The notes under the pieces were generated by a model. That model did no database searches, was not told the origin of the DNA, and saw nothing but the letters and a program-made list of their open reading frames with translations. From Promethearchaeum syntrophicum (GTDB lineage: Archaea > Asgardarchaeota > Lokiarchaeia > Sigyniarchaeales > Promethearchaeaceae), in NCBI RefSeq assembly GCF_008000775.2, contig NZ_CP042905.2, forward strand, positions 1,440,001 to 1,472,000: a stretch of DNA of 32,000 nt, read 5' to 3'. Made by a program: the position numbers and the translations under genes. This document shows positions 1 to 10,119 of the stretch, piece after piece. Within the stretch, counting starts at the first letter, position 1; every line of letters starts with the position of its first letter.

Positions 1-855
1 ATAGGATCGATATGATAAGATTTCATTTGATAATAATGCCAAAGCAGGATAATCATTTTGAAAATGCGTTGATAAATTAATGTTTAAACTCGAAGGATAA
101 TTTGGTTTTAAAACAATATTTTTGTGAATTTCTAAAATTTGACTTTCATAAAAAAACTTGAATTTCTCACCGATATCTTGAAAATAGTGACTTTGAATAT
201 TAAATAGATATTTTTCATTGGCTTTTAGATCTTTGATTTGTATGTCCGTTGGAGATGTTGAAAGAAATTTCTTAAATATTGTCCCATTATCTTCAAAATA
301 AATAGTTACATTAAATTGATCTACATGATCCACAAGAACTTCATTAAAAAGATTTATAATTATTTCACAATTATATGAAAGTTGTTTTTCTAAGAAGATA
401 TCAATAAATAACGATTCATTTGGATCCACGATATTAAATGTTTTATAATTATCTTGAAATCCTGGTTTACTTAAAGTAATGTTGTAAGTTCCACTATTTA
501 ATATTGTAAAATTGCCAAAACCATTCCCATCGGAATATTTAGAAGATACATTTTCATTTTCTGCATTAAAAATTTGAATTAAGACACCACCAAGATCAGT
601 TGATTCATTCAAATCTTTGATAAAAATGAATAAATTATCTCCCACATAAGAAATATTTGAAGGGAACTCAAAATTATCTGAAGATTTTGGTATTGTTCCA
701 TAGTTGTAATTATCATAATGACTATTTATATCACAACTATATTCATTCAAATTTCCATAATTTAAAGTATTAAGATTCTGAACAAGAATTAGTGTTGATG
801 ATACAAAAATTAGATAGAATATTAAAATATAATATGAATTTTGGTTATCTAACAT
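1..855 (-). CDS. Partial secreted/surface protein (C-terminus off window), N-terminal signal/TM segment then a beta-rich region resembling a carboxypeptidase-regulatory/PEGA-like domain
   Basis: Manual translation of the reverse strand: ATG at 855-853, open for all 285 codons to the window edge. Reads MLDNQNSYYILIFYLIFVSSTLILVQNLNTLNYG...DGNGFGNFTILNSGTYNITLSKPGFQDNYKTFNIVDPNESLFIDIFLEK... Not in the ORF track because it has no stop in the window. Confidence 0.7.
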   Translation of the reverse strand, partial: MLDNQNSYYILIFYLIFVSSTLILVQNLNTLNYGNLNEYSCDINSHYDNYNYGTIPKSSDNFEFPSNISYVGDNLFIFIKDLNESTDLGGVLIQIFNAENENVSSKYSDGNGFGNFTILNSGTYNITLSKPGFQDNYKTFNIVDPNESLFIDIFLEKQLSYNCEIIINLFNEVLVDHVDQFNVTIYFEDNGTIFKKFLSTSPTDIQIKDLKANEKYLFNIQSHYFQDIGEKFKFFYESQILEIHKNIVLKPNYPSSLNINLSTHFQNDYPALALLSNEILSYRSY

Positions 856-1110
856 CTCTGATAATTACTATTATATTTTTTTATTGAAAAATTTTTTTCA
901 AGGTAATGAAAATATGGTGTTAAAGAAAAATCTCTAAAATCGGGTATTACCAATAATTCCAATAAAAGCAATTTCAATAATCTGAAATTTCAAAATATTT
1001 TTTCATCCCTCGTTTTTATTACTTCAAAGGTGTCAGTTCTATTCAAAATTTGGTATTTTAAACAGGTTCCAGCAGTATCTCTTTTAAAATCCATGTTATT
1101 TCAAAAGTTT

Positions 1111-3192
1111 TTAATATTGTATCTCAAAAATAGATAAACTATAGTTTAAAGGATTAATCGTTTTAATATTAGAAACATAATAATCTTGAACATATTCATG
1201 ATAAATTTCGATGAAAGATGGGCTATCCTTAATTAATTCATACAAATCTTCATTAAAAACGGATTCAATTACCAAATATTTTACTGATTTTTCGGTAGTA
1301 TATATTTTTTCTGACAAAACCCTTCCATTCTGCCTCAAAACCTTTCTAGAGTAGTTAAGATAATCAATCAAATCATTTAGATAATTATCGAGATAATAAT
1401 ATCTATTAAGTAAAGTATTAAACAAATATTTCGATTCATTAAATCCTACAACATAGCGATCGTACAAAATTGATTGACTAAAGGCATTAAGGGAATTTGA
1501 AATTGGATGAGGAAGAATCAAAATCAAATCATCATGACCTGTGTTTTCTTTCATCCAAATATAAGATTCGATATGTTCATCTTTGACATAAGCATTGAAG
1601 AAAAAGAAAGAGTAATTTGAACTAATATGAACAAATGAATATAATATTATCTGTAATAGTATCGCTCCTTTAATATACTTCAAAATTGTAGTTTGTTTCT
1701 TGTTTTTAAATATTTTTTTTTTTAGAAATGAACTTATTTTTGGAATCCAATATTTCATTGACACTGGTGCAATTATTATTAAAGATACATCAAGAAATAT
1801 GAAATATCGATAAAATATGTATGGGAAAAAGCTGATCAAACTCCAATATGGCAATAACAAGCAAATTGCTAATAATAGAAGTGTGAAAATATAGGTAATT
1901 CCTAAAATATTTGTATTGACTGATAAATTTGTCCTTTTTTTATTTTTTCTATAGGGATATGTTATACCAAAGATAAAGATTAAAGGACCAGATAATTGAG
2001 AAAACCATAAATCTATTGATGGAATAAAATACCGGTAAAAAACTTTAGTTTCTGGAAACAAGCCAGCTAATCGATCAAATATAAAAATTAATAGGTTTCC
2101 AATAAAATCATGAAAAATTAAAGATGAAGCTAAAAAAATACAGAAAAGGAGAGAATAAAAAATTATCACAAATGTTTTTTTATTTATAGATACATTAAAT
2201 TTGCGTCGGAATAAATCTGGGAAATTAAAAATCCCTTTTTTAAAGATTGAGAAAAATTCCTTCATATCATAAAGAATAATGAGAAGAAAAATTAATAAGA
2301 AAGTAGTTCTATGAAACAGAAAGATTGCTAATACAAAAAATCGACCCATGTTTGAATAAGTTATTTTAGAACTAGAATAGAATTCAATAAGAACAAGTAG
2401 GACGAAAATTAAAGACAAAGATGAAGGTAAAGTAAAGCTTAACCATGTATTCAGGTAATATCCCGCTAAATAAATTCCAAATGTATATATTGGATTAACT
2501 TTCAATATTTTTACACAAATAGTATAAATTAGAATTAGAAAAATCGCAATTTGAATAATTGGAAATGTAATCGTTAGAATAAAATTATGAAAATAAAAAT
2601 TCTGAGGGGAAATAAGAAAAATAAAATTCCAAACGTAGATAATCAAATTAGAATTAACAATATCATCAATGTATGTTCCAAAATGGGCAAAGAGACTGAA
2701 ATCATAATTAAGAACATCCATACACCGATAGTAATAAACCCAAGTGTCATATTGAGGATATTTCAAATTTGAAATGAATAAAATAAGGCTAATCAATATA
2801 ATAATTATGCTTAAACAAATTGAAAGAAAGGAATTTGATTCAAAGGAGTAGTTTTTGAAATGGATGTATTTTCTATTAGAATTTTCTTCACTATCTTGGA
2901 TTTTTTGTGTAGTATGTCCTTTCTTTTTATTAATTAGAATTATCCAAATTAAAAAAAAATCAATGATAATAATTAAAATGGTTTGTAATAATAATGAGTT
3001 GATATGAAATATTTCGAGTAATAAAGTTATAAGAGAAATATAAAAAATACCTAAAGCAAAATAATATGGAATTAAAATAAATCTAAATTTTTTATTAGAA
3101 ATTGCATAATGTAAAAAAAAACCTGGCGATAAGCCAAAAATCATCCAAGGAATTGATAATAGAATTGTAATTGTCAGATTTATTTTTTCCAC
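1111..3192 (-). CDS. Large multi-TM membrane protein, probable GT39/PMT-like (GT-C fold) glycosyltransferase or oligosaccharide-related membrane protein
   Basis: 693 aa, about 12 hydrophobic segments and a soluble C-terminal tail; surface-glycan gene neighbourhood. Confidence 0.6.
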   Translation of the reverse strand: MEKINLTITILLSIPWMIFGLSPGFFLHYAISNKKFRFILIPYYFALGIFYISLITLLLEIFHINSLLLQTILIIIIDFFLIWIILINKKKGHTTQKIQDSEENSNRKYIHFKNYSFESNSFLSICLSIIIILISLILFISNLKYPQYDTWVYYYRCMDVLNYDFSLFAHFGTYIDDIVNSNLIIYVWNFIFLISPQNFYFHNFILTITFPIIQIAIFLILIYTICVKILKVNPIYTFGIYLAGYYLNTWLSFTLPSSLSLIFVLLVLIEFYSSSKITYSNMGRFFVLAIFLFHRTTFLLIFLLIILYDMKEFFSIFKKGIFNFPDLFRRKFNVSINKKTFVIIFYSLLFCIFLASSLIFHDFIGNLLIFIFDRLAGLFPETKVFYRYFIPSIDLWFSQLSGPLIFIFGITYPYRKNKKRTNLSVNTNILGITYIFTLLLLAICLLLPYWSLISFFPYIFYRYFIFLDVSLIIIAPVSMKYWIPKISSFLKKKIFKNKKQTTILKYIKGAILLQIILYSFVHISSNYSFFFFNAYVKDEHIESYIWMKENTGHDDLILILPHPISNSLNAFSQSILYDRYVVGFNESKYLFNTLLNRYYYLDNYLNDLIDYLNYSRKVLRQNGRVLSEKIYTTEKSVKYLVIESVFNEDLYELIKDSPSFIEIYHEYVQDYYVSNIKTINPLNYSLSIFEIQY

Positions 3193-3484
3193 CCACCTTT
3201 TTTACTTGAACACCCATTAATTGCCTTTTTATGATAATTTATCCAATTATTCGAAATATGGATTATTGCTTGTAAATCTTGCTTTATAAACCAATCTTTC
3301 AATTCTTTTATCATAATTGAATAAGGTTTATATGAAAGCTAAATTCACTTCGAGTGTTTACACACTCTTATTTTGTTTATTTTCATTCTCTTCAAGTATT
3401 TCATTTAGGTTTTAGAAGAATATTAATTAATAAATAGTAAATCATCATATTTTAATTCATAATCATTGAGAAAAAAAAAAAAAA

Positions 3485-3700
3485 TTAAAAGTTAAATAAT
3501 TCATGTAAAGATGGATTATTCATGTCCTTCGAAGAGATATTTGAATTTTAAAAATATTATCCTCCGTTAATTGATGGACCGTCTCATTTTATTCTTGGTT
3601 CTAATTCTGGATCATAGTAATTAGTAACTTTTTATTAAACTTCTGTAAAATCAGATAATACTGTAAATTCATAATTAAAACCCCTGTTGGAATTAATAAT
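3485..3700 (-). pseudogene. rmlC: Decayed C-terminal part of dTDP-4-dehydrorhamnose 3,5-epimerase (RmlC family)
   Basis: Reverse-strand reading gives GFNYEFTVLSDFTEV**KVTNYYDPELEPRIK*DGPSINGG*YF*NSNISSKDMNNPSLHELFNF*. This matches the family pattern GFAHGFxVLSDxAExxYKxTxYYxPExExxIxWxDPxIxIxWP...ILSxKDxxxPxLxE, with several internal stops. Confidence 0.7.
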
Positions 3701-3821
3701 ACTTAAAAAAATGAAAATCAAGGCTCTACGTTTAAAAATAGTATTTTTCAACCCTTGAAATTGCATATTTTTACCTCAAATCTTAGTAAATAAATAATTT
3801 ACATTCTTTTATCTATTAAAT

Positions 3822-4784
3822 TCATGTATTTGAGTAAAATTTTTTTCGATAGAAATCAAGATATTCCTTAAATCCCCTAAATACATCATAATCTGCCTCG
3901 AATCCTAAAATATCTTTTGCTAAAGTAATATCTCCATAACTATGGAGTATATCTCCTGCTCTAATAGGATCGTATTCGATTTCTATTCCCTCTTTTTGAG
4001 AATATTCTATCATAAATTTAATAATTTCTATTATTGAAATTGGTTTTCCAGTTCCAACATTAATTATTTTTCCAGCAGATTCTTTCGATTCTGCAGCTAG
4101 TAAATTAATTTTAATTATATCTTTAATATAAGTAAAATCACGAGTTTGATTCCCATCACCAAAAATGGTAATATTTTTTCTATTAAAAATATTAGCAATA
4201 AAAATTGCAATTGCACCACTATAAGGTGATCCTTGTTGACGAGGGCCATAAACATTAAAATATCGTAAAGATGTTGTGTTAAGATTGTAAGCTTGGTTGT
4301 ATGAAACCATATATGCTTCAGCAGCTTGTTTTGTAACTGCATAAGGGGATATTGGATTTAAACGCATTTTTTCTTGTTTAGGTAATGTAGGGTCATCACC
4401 ATAAACAGCCGCACTAGATGCAAATACAATTTTTTCCACATCATTAATTCGTGCAGCATTCAAAATATTTAGAGTTCCTGTTATATTTACATCATTACAT
4501 AATTGAGGCATTAAAATAGATTTGGGAACGCTTATAAACGCCGCTTCATGAAAAACTATGTCAATATCTTTCATTAAATGCAAAAGTCTGTCATAATCGC
4601 GCACATCTCCTTGATGAAATATAAATTTCTTATTTTGCTGGGCTGATTCGAGATTTTCCATTCGACCGTTCCATAAATTATCAAATCCGGTAACTTCTGC
4701 CCCTTGATAGAGTAAGGCATCTGTTAAATTACTCCCAATGAACCCGGCAGCTCCAGTTACTAAAATGCGTTTTCCTTCAAGCAT
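3822..4784 (-). CDS. NAD-dependent epimerase/dehydratase (extended SDR, UDP-glucose 4-epimerase/WbpP-like)
   Basis: 320 aa; N-terminal Rossmann motif VTGAAGFIGSNL, catalytic YxxxK as YAVTKQAAE, and YFNVYGPRQ. Confidence 0.9.
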   Translation of the reverse strand: MLEGKRILVTGAAGFIGSNLTDALLYQGAEVTGFDNLWNGRMENLESAQQNKKFIFHQGDVRDYDRLLHLMKDIDIVFHEAAFISVPKSILMPQLCNDVNITGTLNILNAARINDVEKIVFASSAAVYGDDPTLPKQEKMRLNPISPYAVTKQAAEAYMVSYNQAYNLNTTSLRYFNVYGPRQQGSPYSGAIAIFIANIFNRKNITIFGDGNQTRDFTYIKDIIKINLLAAESKESAGKIINVGTGKPISIIEIIKFMIEYSQKEGIEIEYDPIRAGDILHSYGDITLAKDILGFEADYDVFRGFKEYLDFYRKKFYSNT

Positions 4785-4856
4785 ATGCTTAGAAATTTCT
4801 GATTAAAAATTAATTTTTCTTAATTTGATAATTTTTAAATATATAATAAATTGAAT

Positions 4857-5324
4857 TCAAATCATTTTTTTTAAGTGGATGTTTCCATCAAAATGGGCAA
4901 ATTCTTGATATCTGCAGTATTCATATAACTTAATGGCACTAATCCAATCATCATTAGTTTCCAAAACGATTGTAGTAAAATTTTTTTGTTTTCCATAGAT
5001 TTCCAGGATTTTTGCAACTTGTTGTGCAATTCCCATTCTTCTGTATTACTTTTTAACATACATTCGGACTATTCTTCCTGTGTGATCATTTTCCTTTATT
5101 ATTGCGCCTGTACAAATTATTTTTTCATTATATCTTCCAACAATGAAAATATCTCCTTTCTCGATATAAAATTCTACAATATTATTTAGATCAGGATTTA
5201 AGGAATCATCTATAAAACCAAATCGCTCAGAAAGTCCTTCAAATATTAACTTTCTGACTTCATTTTCATGATTCTTCTTAATTTGAAGAATTTGAAGGTT
5301 ATTGAGAATATTTACATTATCCAT
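4857..5324 (-). pseudogene. GNAT-family N-acetyltransferase interrupted by one in-frame TAA (5046-5048)
   Basis: The frame of ORF 5046-5324 (...NDHTGRIVRMYVKK*) continues uninterrupted as YRRMGIAQQVAKILEIYGKQKNFTTIVLETNDDWISAIKLYEYCRYQEFAHFDGNIHLKKMI* (stop at 4857-4859). The stop falls directly before the acetyl-CoA-binding RRxGIA motif. The listed 62-aa ORF 4871-5059 is an off-frame artefact. Confidence 0.8.
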
Positions 5325-5454
5325 CTTGATATTTGTAAAGTATTATTAACTTAAAATTCTCACATCGGGAAAAATATTAAAAAAAGAAATAAAAATTTCC
5401 TTAATTATGAATCATTAGTCTCCAGAATATTCACATCTGGATTTAATCGTTTTG

Positions 5455-8424
5455 TTATTCAATATATATTGCTGGTTTCATAGGTCGGGCATTAAATCTT
5501 TTATTTTTTGGATCGTAAATGCCAATTTCGTCCGAATAATGAATTACAATCTCAATATCCCCATATTTCATCTCTAAGTATTTTTTATAGCTCACAATTG
5601 AAGATTTCTGTTCCTTTGGTTTTAGAATTGAAATTTTAAAAACTGAAGGATTTTTTATAATGAATTGGGCTTCTTTAGCTATTTCCTTCATAAATTTTTG
5701 CAATTTGGGATTTTTTTTAGCAAGAATCATTATTTCTTTTAATGATGGGGCTGAATTTTTAAATCTCTGAGCGGTTTCTTCATATAGAACATGTTTCCAT
5801 TGAGGATTGATATAGCAAAATATCTTTTTTGGCTTTTTTTCTACAACATGTAATATTTGTTCGATGTCATCGATTAAATCCTTTACAAAATTGGATTCTA
5901 ATGCTAATTGGTTATCCTCTTCCGATAACGATGGAACAGTAATTAAATTTTGAGAAATAAAACCTATATTTTTATTTTCTCGATGGAACATCTCATAAAT
6001 TTCTTCACAAATATGCGGAATAACCGGGGCAATTAAATTGGTCACATCCTCAATTGCGGTTCTGATAACGAATTTTCCTTCAGAAAGATCTAATTGATCA
6101 ACTAGTTTGCCAAATTTCTCAATTTCACGTAAATTTTCAAAGAAACCAAATTGAATATATTCTCTAATGCTATCATTTTCAATCGCAGTAATCGCACGAT
6201 AGATATTCGTGTTTATAGTTGAGCGAAAAACTTTAGAATTAAAGCTAATATTGATATTTTTCTTCTCAAAAGGTTCCTTTTCCTCGATTTTATCAACATC
6301 TTTAACACTAAATGCAAAATCCCAAAATTTCTTCAATTTCTTCAAAGAATACGCAACTTCTTTATCTCTCCAATCAATAATTGAATCAACAGTAACCACA
6401 GAAGCTAAATGTAAGCGTGTTAAATCTGCGGAATATTTAACAGGAATATTTGCAATAGGAATAACATTTCCTTTACTCTTTCCCATTTTTTGACCTTCCA
6501 TGATTAGCATATCATTTAAGGAAATTTTTTTTAACCAATATTTCTCGGGAAAGATTGCTACATGATGAAAAATTGCAAAAGACAGATGATTGGAAATATG
6601 GTTGATAGCAGTATGCCTGAAATCATTTGGATACCAATATTCAAACTCATTTTTAAACATAGTAATTAGTTCAATAGAAATATTAGATTTTACTGAAATC
6701 TGTTCAATATTTCCTTTATTTAAAAAGATATAATCAAATAGTTCAGGAATTAGCTGTTGGGCTTGTATTTTTTGTTTCCGAATGATTTTAATTATTGTAT
6801 AAAAAGCCATATAAATAACCGAATCGCTTAAAGATTCAATAATCCAGCCTTTTCCTTTTGTCATCGGAAATTCTGTCCCCAAACCACGTTTACGTACGCA
6901 TGGTCTTTTTTGTAACCAGTCAAAAGATTTTTCAAAAGTTATACGATATTTTTTAGGAACTATACTCATTTCTTTTAAAGCCGAGAAAGCTTTGGTTTTC
7001 CATTTCTCATTTCCGTAATTTAGAAAATATTGATCTGGTAAAACCGCAACAATGATTTTGCTACCACATCTGCAGGTTGCTTTTTTTGAAACTTCATAAA
7101 CAGTTTGAGCTAAATTTTTTTCTTTTAAAATCTGTTCCATTGCAATTTTCGCATTTTCCACAGACATTCCTGCAATTTCATTGGTGATTTCTTTCAATTT
7201 TCCGGAGTAGAATTCCGCTTTATAGATAGTTTGTGTGGCTTTTTCCAACAATTCGTCATTATTTTGTGTTTTTATTCCCAAATTTTTACAAATTTCAACA
7301 GCAGGGAATTCTCCATATCCTTTTACTTCAATTAACGAAATTGGAACTATTCTACTCAAAATTTGTATGTCTAAATGATATTTCTTAATTGTTTCGGAAT
7401 CTTCTTGTAAATCTTTTAGTGCAATATAATCATAAGGTGCGTGAGCAGGAACGCTGTAAACTACTCCGGTGGCATGATCAGGATCAACAAAATCTGCTGG
7501 ATATATTGGTATTGCCCTTCCTAACATTGGGATTTCAACAGTCTGCCCTATTAATTCGAATCCCTTCAATTTCTTAATCATTTTTACCTGATAGTTTTGT
7601 TCCTTAATTTTTGTATAGGCATTCTCAGAAATGATCCATTTTTCATTATTAAAATCAATTTTATAATAAATTGCATTAGGGTTTATCCAAATATTTGTTA
7701 CCCCGTAAACAGTTTCGGGACGTAAAGTAGCAGCAACTAAATAGGCATCTTTACTGATTTTAAATTTGACGCCTATTAATTCATTTACTTCAATTTTTGA
7801 TTCATCACCACCTTGGATGTCATCTTCACCCACTGCATTTTTGCAATGTGGACACCATAGTATTGGGTAATTTCCTTTGGTGATATAGCCCTTTTCATTT
7901 AAAATGCCATATTGCCATTCTATAAATTTATTATACTCCTTATCTCCGGTTGTGAATTGCCGTGTAGTATCTATAGAAAAACCCATCCTTAAAAAATCGT
8001 GAATCAACTTTCCTGCAAAGTACATTGCTACATTATGAGGGTCTTCAAAAGATTTAAGGATTTTTTTCTTCTCTATTGGATCTTTTTCATATATTCCAAT
8101 ATAATCTTCATACATGGCTCTTATCTTTGAATCTCCTTTTTTAATTCGTGTGGAAATTGATAAAACTGGCGTTCCTGTAATATGAAACGCCATAGGCCAT
8201 AAGACATTATAACCTCTTTGCCTTTTATACCGGGCATAAATATCTCCAATATTGTAGGTTCTACAATGCCCAATATGTAATGGACCTGAAGCGTAGGGGT
8301 AGGGCAATGTTACAAACCATTTTGGTTTTTCATCTGTTATCTTTGGTTCAAAGATTTTTGCATCTTGCCAGCGTTTTTGCCATTTAATCTCAATGGTTCT
8401 TAATTGTTCTAAGAAATCTTTCAT
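5455..8424 (-). CDS. leuS: Leucyl-tRNA synthetase, archaeal/eukaryotic type
   Basis: 989 aa; class I HIGH as HIGH (PLHIGHCRTYNIGD), KMSKS-like KMGKS, CP1 region WCPHCKNAVGEDD...TLRPETVYGVTN; SD-like GGTGAG a few bases upstream of the ATG. Confidence 0.97.
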   Translation of the reverse strand: MKDFLEQLRTIEIKWQKRWQDAKIFEPKITDEKPKWFVTLPYPYASGPLHIGHCRTYNIGDIYARYKRQRGYNVLWPMAFHITGTPVLSISTRIKKGDSKIRAMYEDYIGIYEKDPIEKKKILKSFEDPHNVAMYFAGKLIHDFLRMGFSIDTTRQFTTGDKEYNKFIEWQYGILNEKGYITKGNYPILWCPHCKNAVGEDDIQGGDESKIEVNELIGVKFKISKDAYLVAATLRPETVYGVTNIWINPNAIYYKIDFNNEKWIISENAYTKIKEQNYQVKMIKKLKGFELIGQTVEIPMLGRAIPIYPADFVDPDHATGVVYSVPAHAPYDYIALKDLQEDSETIKKYHLDIQILSRIVPISLIEVKGYGEFPAVEICKNLGIKTQNNDELLEKATQTIYKAEFYSGKLKEITNEIAGMSVENAKIAMEQILKEKNLAQTVYEVSKKATCRCGSKIIVAVLPDQYFLNYGNEKWKTKAFSALKEMSIVPKKYRITFEKSFDWLQKRPCVRKRGLGTEFPMTKGKGWIIESLSDSVIYMAFYTIIKIIRKQKIQAQQLIPELFDYIFLNKGNIEQISVKSNISIELITMFKNEFEYWYPNDFRHTAINHISNHLSFAIFHHVAIFPEKYWLKKISLNDMLIMEGQKMGKSKGNVIPIANIPVKYSADLTRLHLASVVTVDSIIDWRDKEVAYSLKKLKKFWDFAFSVKDVDKIEEKEPFEKKNINISFNSKVFRSTINTNIYRAITAIENDSIREYIQFGFFENLREIEKFGKLVDQLDLSEGKFVIRTAIEDVTNLIAPVIPHICEEIYEMFHRENKNIGFISQNLITVPSLSEEDNQLALESNFVKDLIDDIEQILHVVEKKPKKIFCYINPQWKHVLYEETAQRFKNSAPSLKEIMILAKKNPKLQKFMKEIAKEAQFIIKNPSVFKISILKPKEQKSSIVSYKKYLEMKYGDIEIVIHYSDEIGIYDPKNKRFNARPMKPAIYIE

Positions 8425-8769
8425 AGAATCTCACCTAAAATTATCTTTTGGTTTTTTAATCTTGATAAATATGATTTGGGTTTAAAAAATAGTTTAAAAA
8501 TTAAAACAGAATAAAATATACTATTCCAAATTCTTTCTAAATGTAATTTGGAAATCAAGATGTTGGAAAAATAGGATAATTTTGGCGTTTCTAAATGGAT
8601 TTCTTCGATTCGTATATCAAATCTTAACGAGAAAATATTCACCCATTATAGTTTTCACCAAGATTTCAGAATTTTCAATCCTTTTTAATTTTATTCAGTT
8701 TTAGAAAACCATAGAAAAAGAAAGGGAAAAAAATTGAGTTTTTTCAACACACAATTGATTTTTTAAATT

Positions 8770-9813
8770 TTAGTTTATAATCTCTGCAATATTAACAGTT
8801 CTTTGCAATTCAAATGATTTGATTGCTGCCAATAATATACTTATTGTCCAGAAGTTGTCTCCCATTGATGTAGGATGTTCTTCACCAGTTCGAATAGAAT
8901 GAATAAATTTTTCTATTGTATCCTTCCATCCAGGAGGATAGGTAGATGCGTTGTCTATATCTGCGATATTCTCCCCTAATTCCGATTTTTTCCCATCAGA
9001 AGTATAAAGATAGGGAGCTTCATTTTTTGTATTTACTAAAGTTCCTTTTGAACCATACATTGTAAATCGGGTATGACCTGAAGTAGTTGGTCCAGCAACT
9101 GATTCTTGGTTGGCAGTTAAATGCCATATAATTCCTTTTTCAAAAGTAACATCTAATAAAAGGGAAGAATAACCTAAAATCTTTGAATGAGGTGGGTGAA
9201 TAAACTTGGCATGTACTTTTATGGGATTTAGGTTCAAATAATATCTCATGCTATCAATCATATGCACATACCAGTTGAAAATGCTGATATATTCTTCTTG
9301 TTGTCGCCACCATTTTTTGAAATGATAATTATTTTGACTGAAAGTTGAATTAACCAGAAAAATATCTCCCAAAAGATTTTTTTGAACTGCTTCACGAATG
9401 GCTTGTATTCGCGGGTTCCAGCGATATTGTTGGTTTACTGCAGTTATTACTTTATTTTCTTTTGCTATTATATACGCTGCTCTTAAATGTTTAAATTGCC
9501 CTAAATTAGTGCAAAGAGGTTTTTCAGTGATAACATGGATTCCACGGTTAATGGCATCAATAATATATCGAGAATGATATTGAGGCGGTGTTGATATAAT
9601 AACTGCATCTGGTTTTGATTCTTCATATGCTTGCTCAATAGTACTAAATGTTTTTAAATCTGGAAAATTGTATTTTTTAAGTTTACCAAAAGCATTTGGG
9701 TCGGGATCTGCAATAGCAACTAATTTTATTTCATTGTTTGTTTTAAAAACATCAAACCATCGAGGTGCGATATGCCCACAACCACACATAGCAAATTTGA
9801 CTTTATTCACCAT
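8770..9813 (-). CDS. Gfo/Idh/MocA-family NAD(P)-dependent oxidoreductase
   Basis: 347 aa; N-terminal GCGHIAPRW Rossmann motif, TPPQYH, and EKPLCTNLGQ. Confidence 0.93.
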   Translation of the reverse strand: MVNKVKFAMCGCGHIAPRWFDVFKTNNEIKLVAIADPDPNAFGKLKKYNFPDLKTFSTIEQAYEESKPDAVIISTPPQYHSRYIIDAINRGIHVITEKPLCTNLGQFKHLRAAYIIAKENKVITAVNQQYRWNPRIQAIREAVQKNLLGDIFLVNSTFSQNNYHFKKWWRQQEEYISIFNWYVHMIDSMRYYLNLNPIKVHAKFIHPPHSKILGYSSLLLDVTFEKGIIWHLTANQESVAGPTTSGHTRFTMYGSKGTLVNTKNEAPYLYTSDGKKSELGENIADIDNASTYPPGWKDTIEKFIHSIRTGEEHPTSMGDNFWTISILLAAIKSFELQRTVNIAEIIN

Positions 9814-10119
9814 TATTTTAATTCAGTTTGTTAAAATTCTTTATTTAAAAAAAGTGTTTTCTATAGTTCTTCACTGTTTTACTTGTTCATCAAAATTGAT
9901 ATAATCTAAATATATGGGAATCAATTCTCTATTTTTTTTGATTAATTTCAATAATCAAACTACTTCTAAATAATAAAATATTTATAAATATTCAAATTTC
10001 CATTCGCTTGGTAAAAGAGAAATTTTATTAATTTAATTTCTTTATCTGAAATTATTTGGATACATTAATTTGAACACCTTGAATTGAAAGGTTTAAAAAA
10101 AATGCCCTAATTAAATGCA

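Noticed and set aside
868-1110. Possible coding remnant in the first intergenic gap
   Set aside because: A short reverse frame (MDFKRDTAGTCLKYQILNRTDTFEVIKTRDEKIF) exists, but I could not match it to any family.
2587-2772. Small antisense ORFs inside large genes (also 4115-4342, 6209-6493, 7389-7577, 12163-12423, 13794-14210, 17052-17369, 18163-18426, 20365-20631, 21553-22525, 25241-25429, 27495-27731, 30115-30432)
   Set aside because: All lie opposite or out of frame to strongly supported genes and show no independent domain or motif.
5046-5048. Recoding of the in-frame TAA as a functional readthrough site
   Set aside because: TAA is not the pyrrolysine codon (TAG) or selenocysteine codon (TGA), and I see no recoding element. 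Mutation or sequence error is simpler.
4871-5059. ORF track entry of 62 aa (minus)
   Set aside because: It is an off-frame reading of the 3' half of the interrupted GNAT gene. The in-frame continuation matches GNAT sequence; this frame does not.
8421-8642. 73-aa ORF overlapping the leuS start by ATGA, suggestive of translational coupling
   Set aside because: Composition is AT-driven with no recognisable domain. The 4-base overlap alone is weak evidence without conservation.
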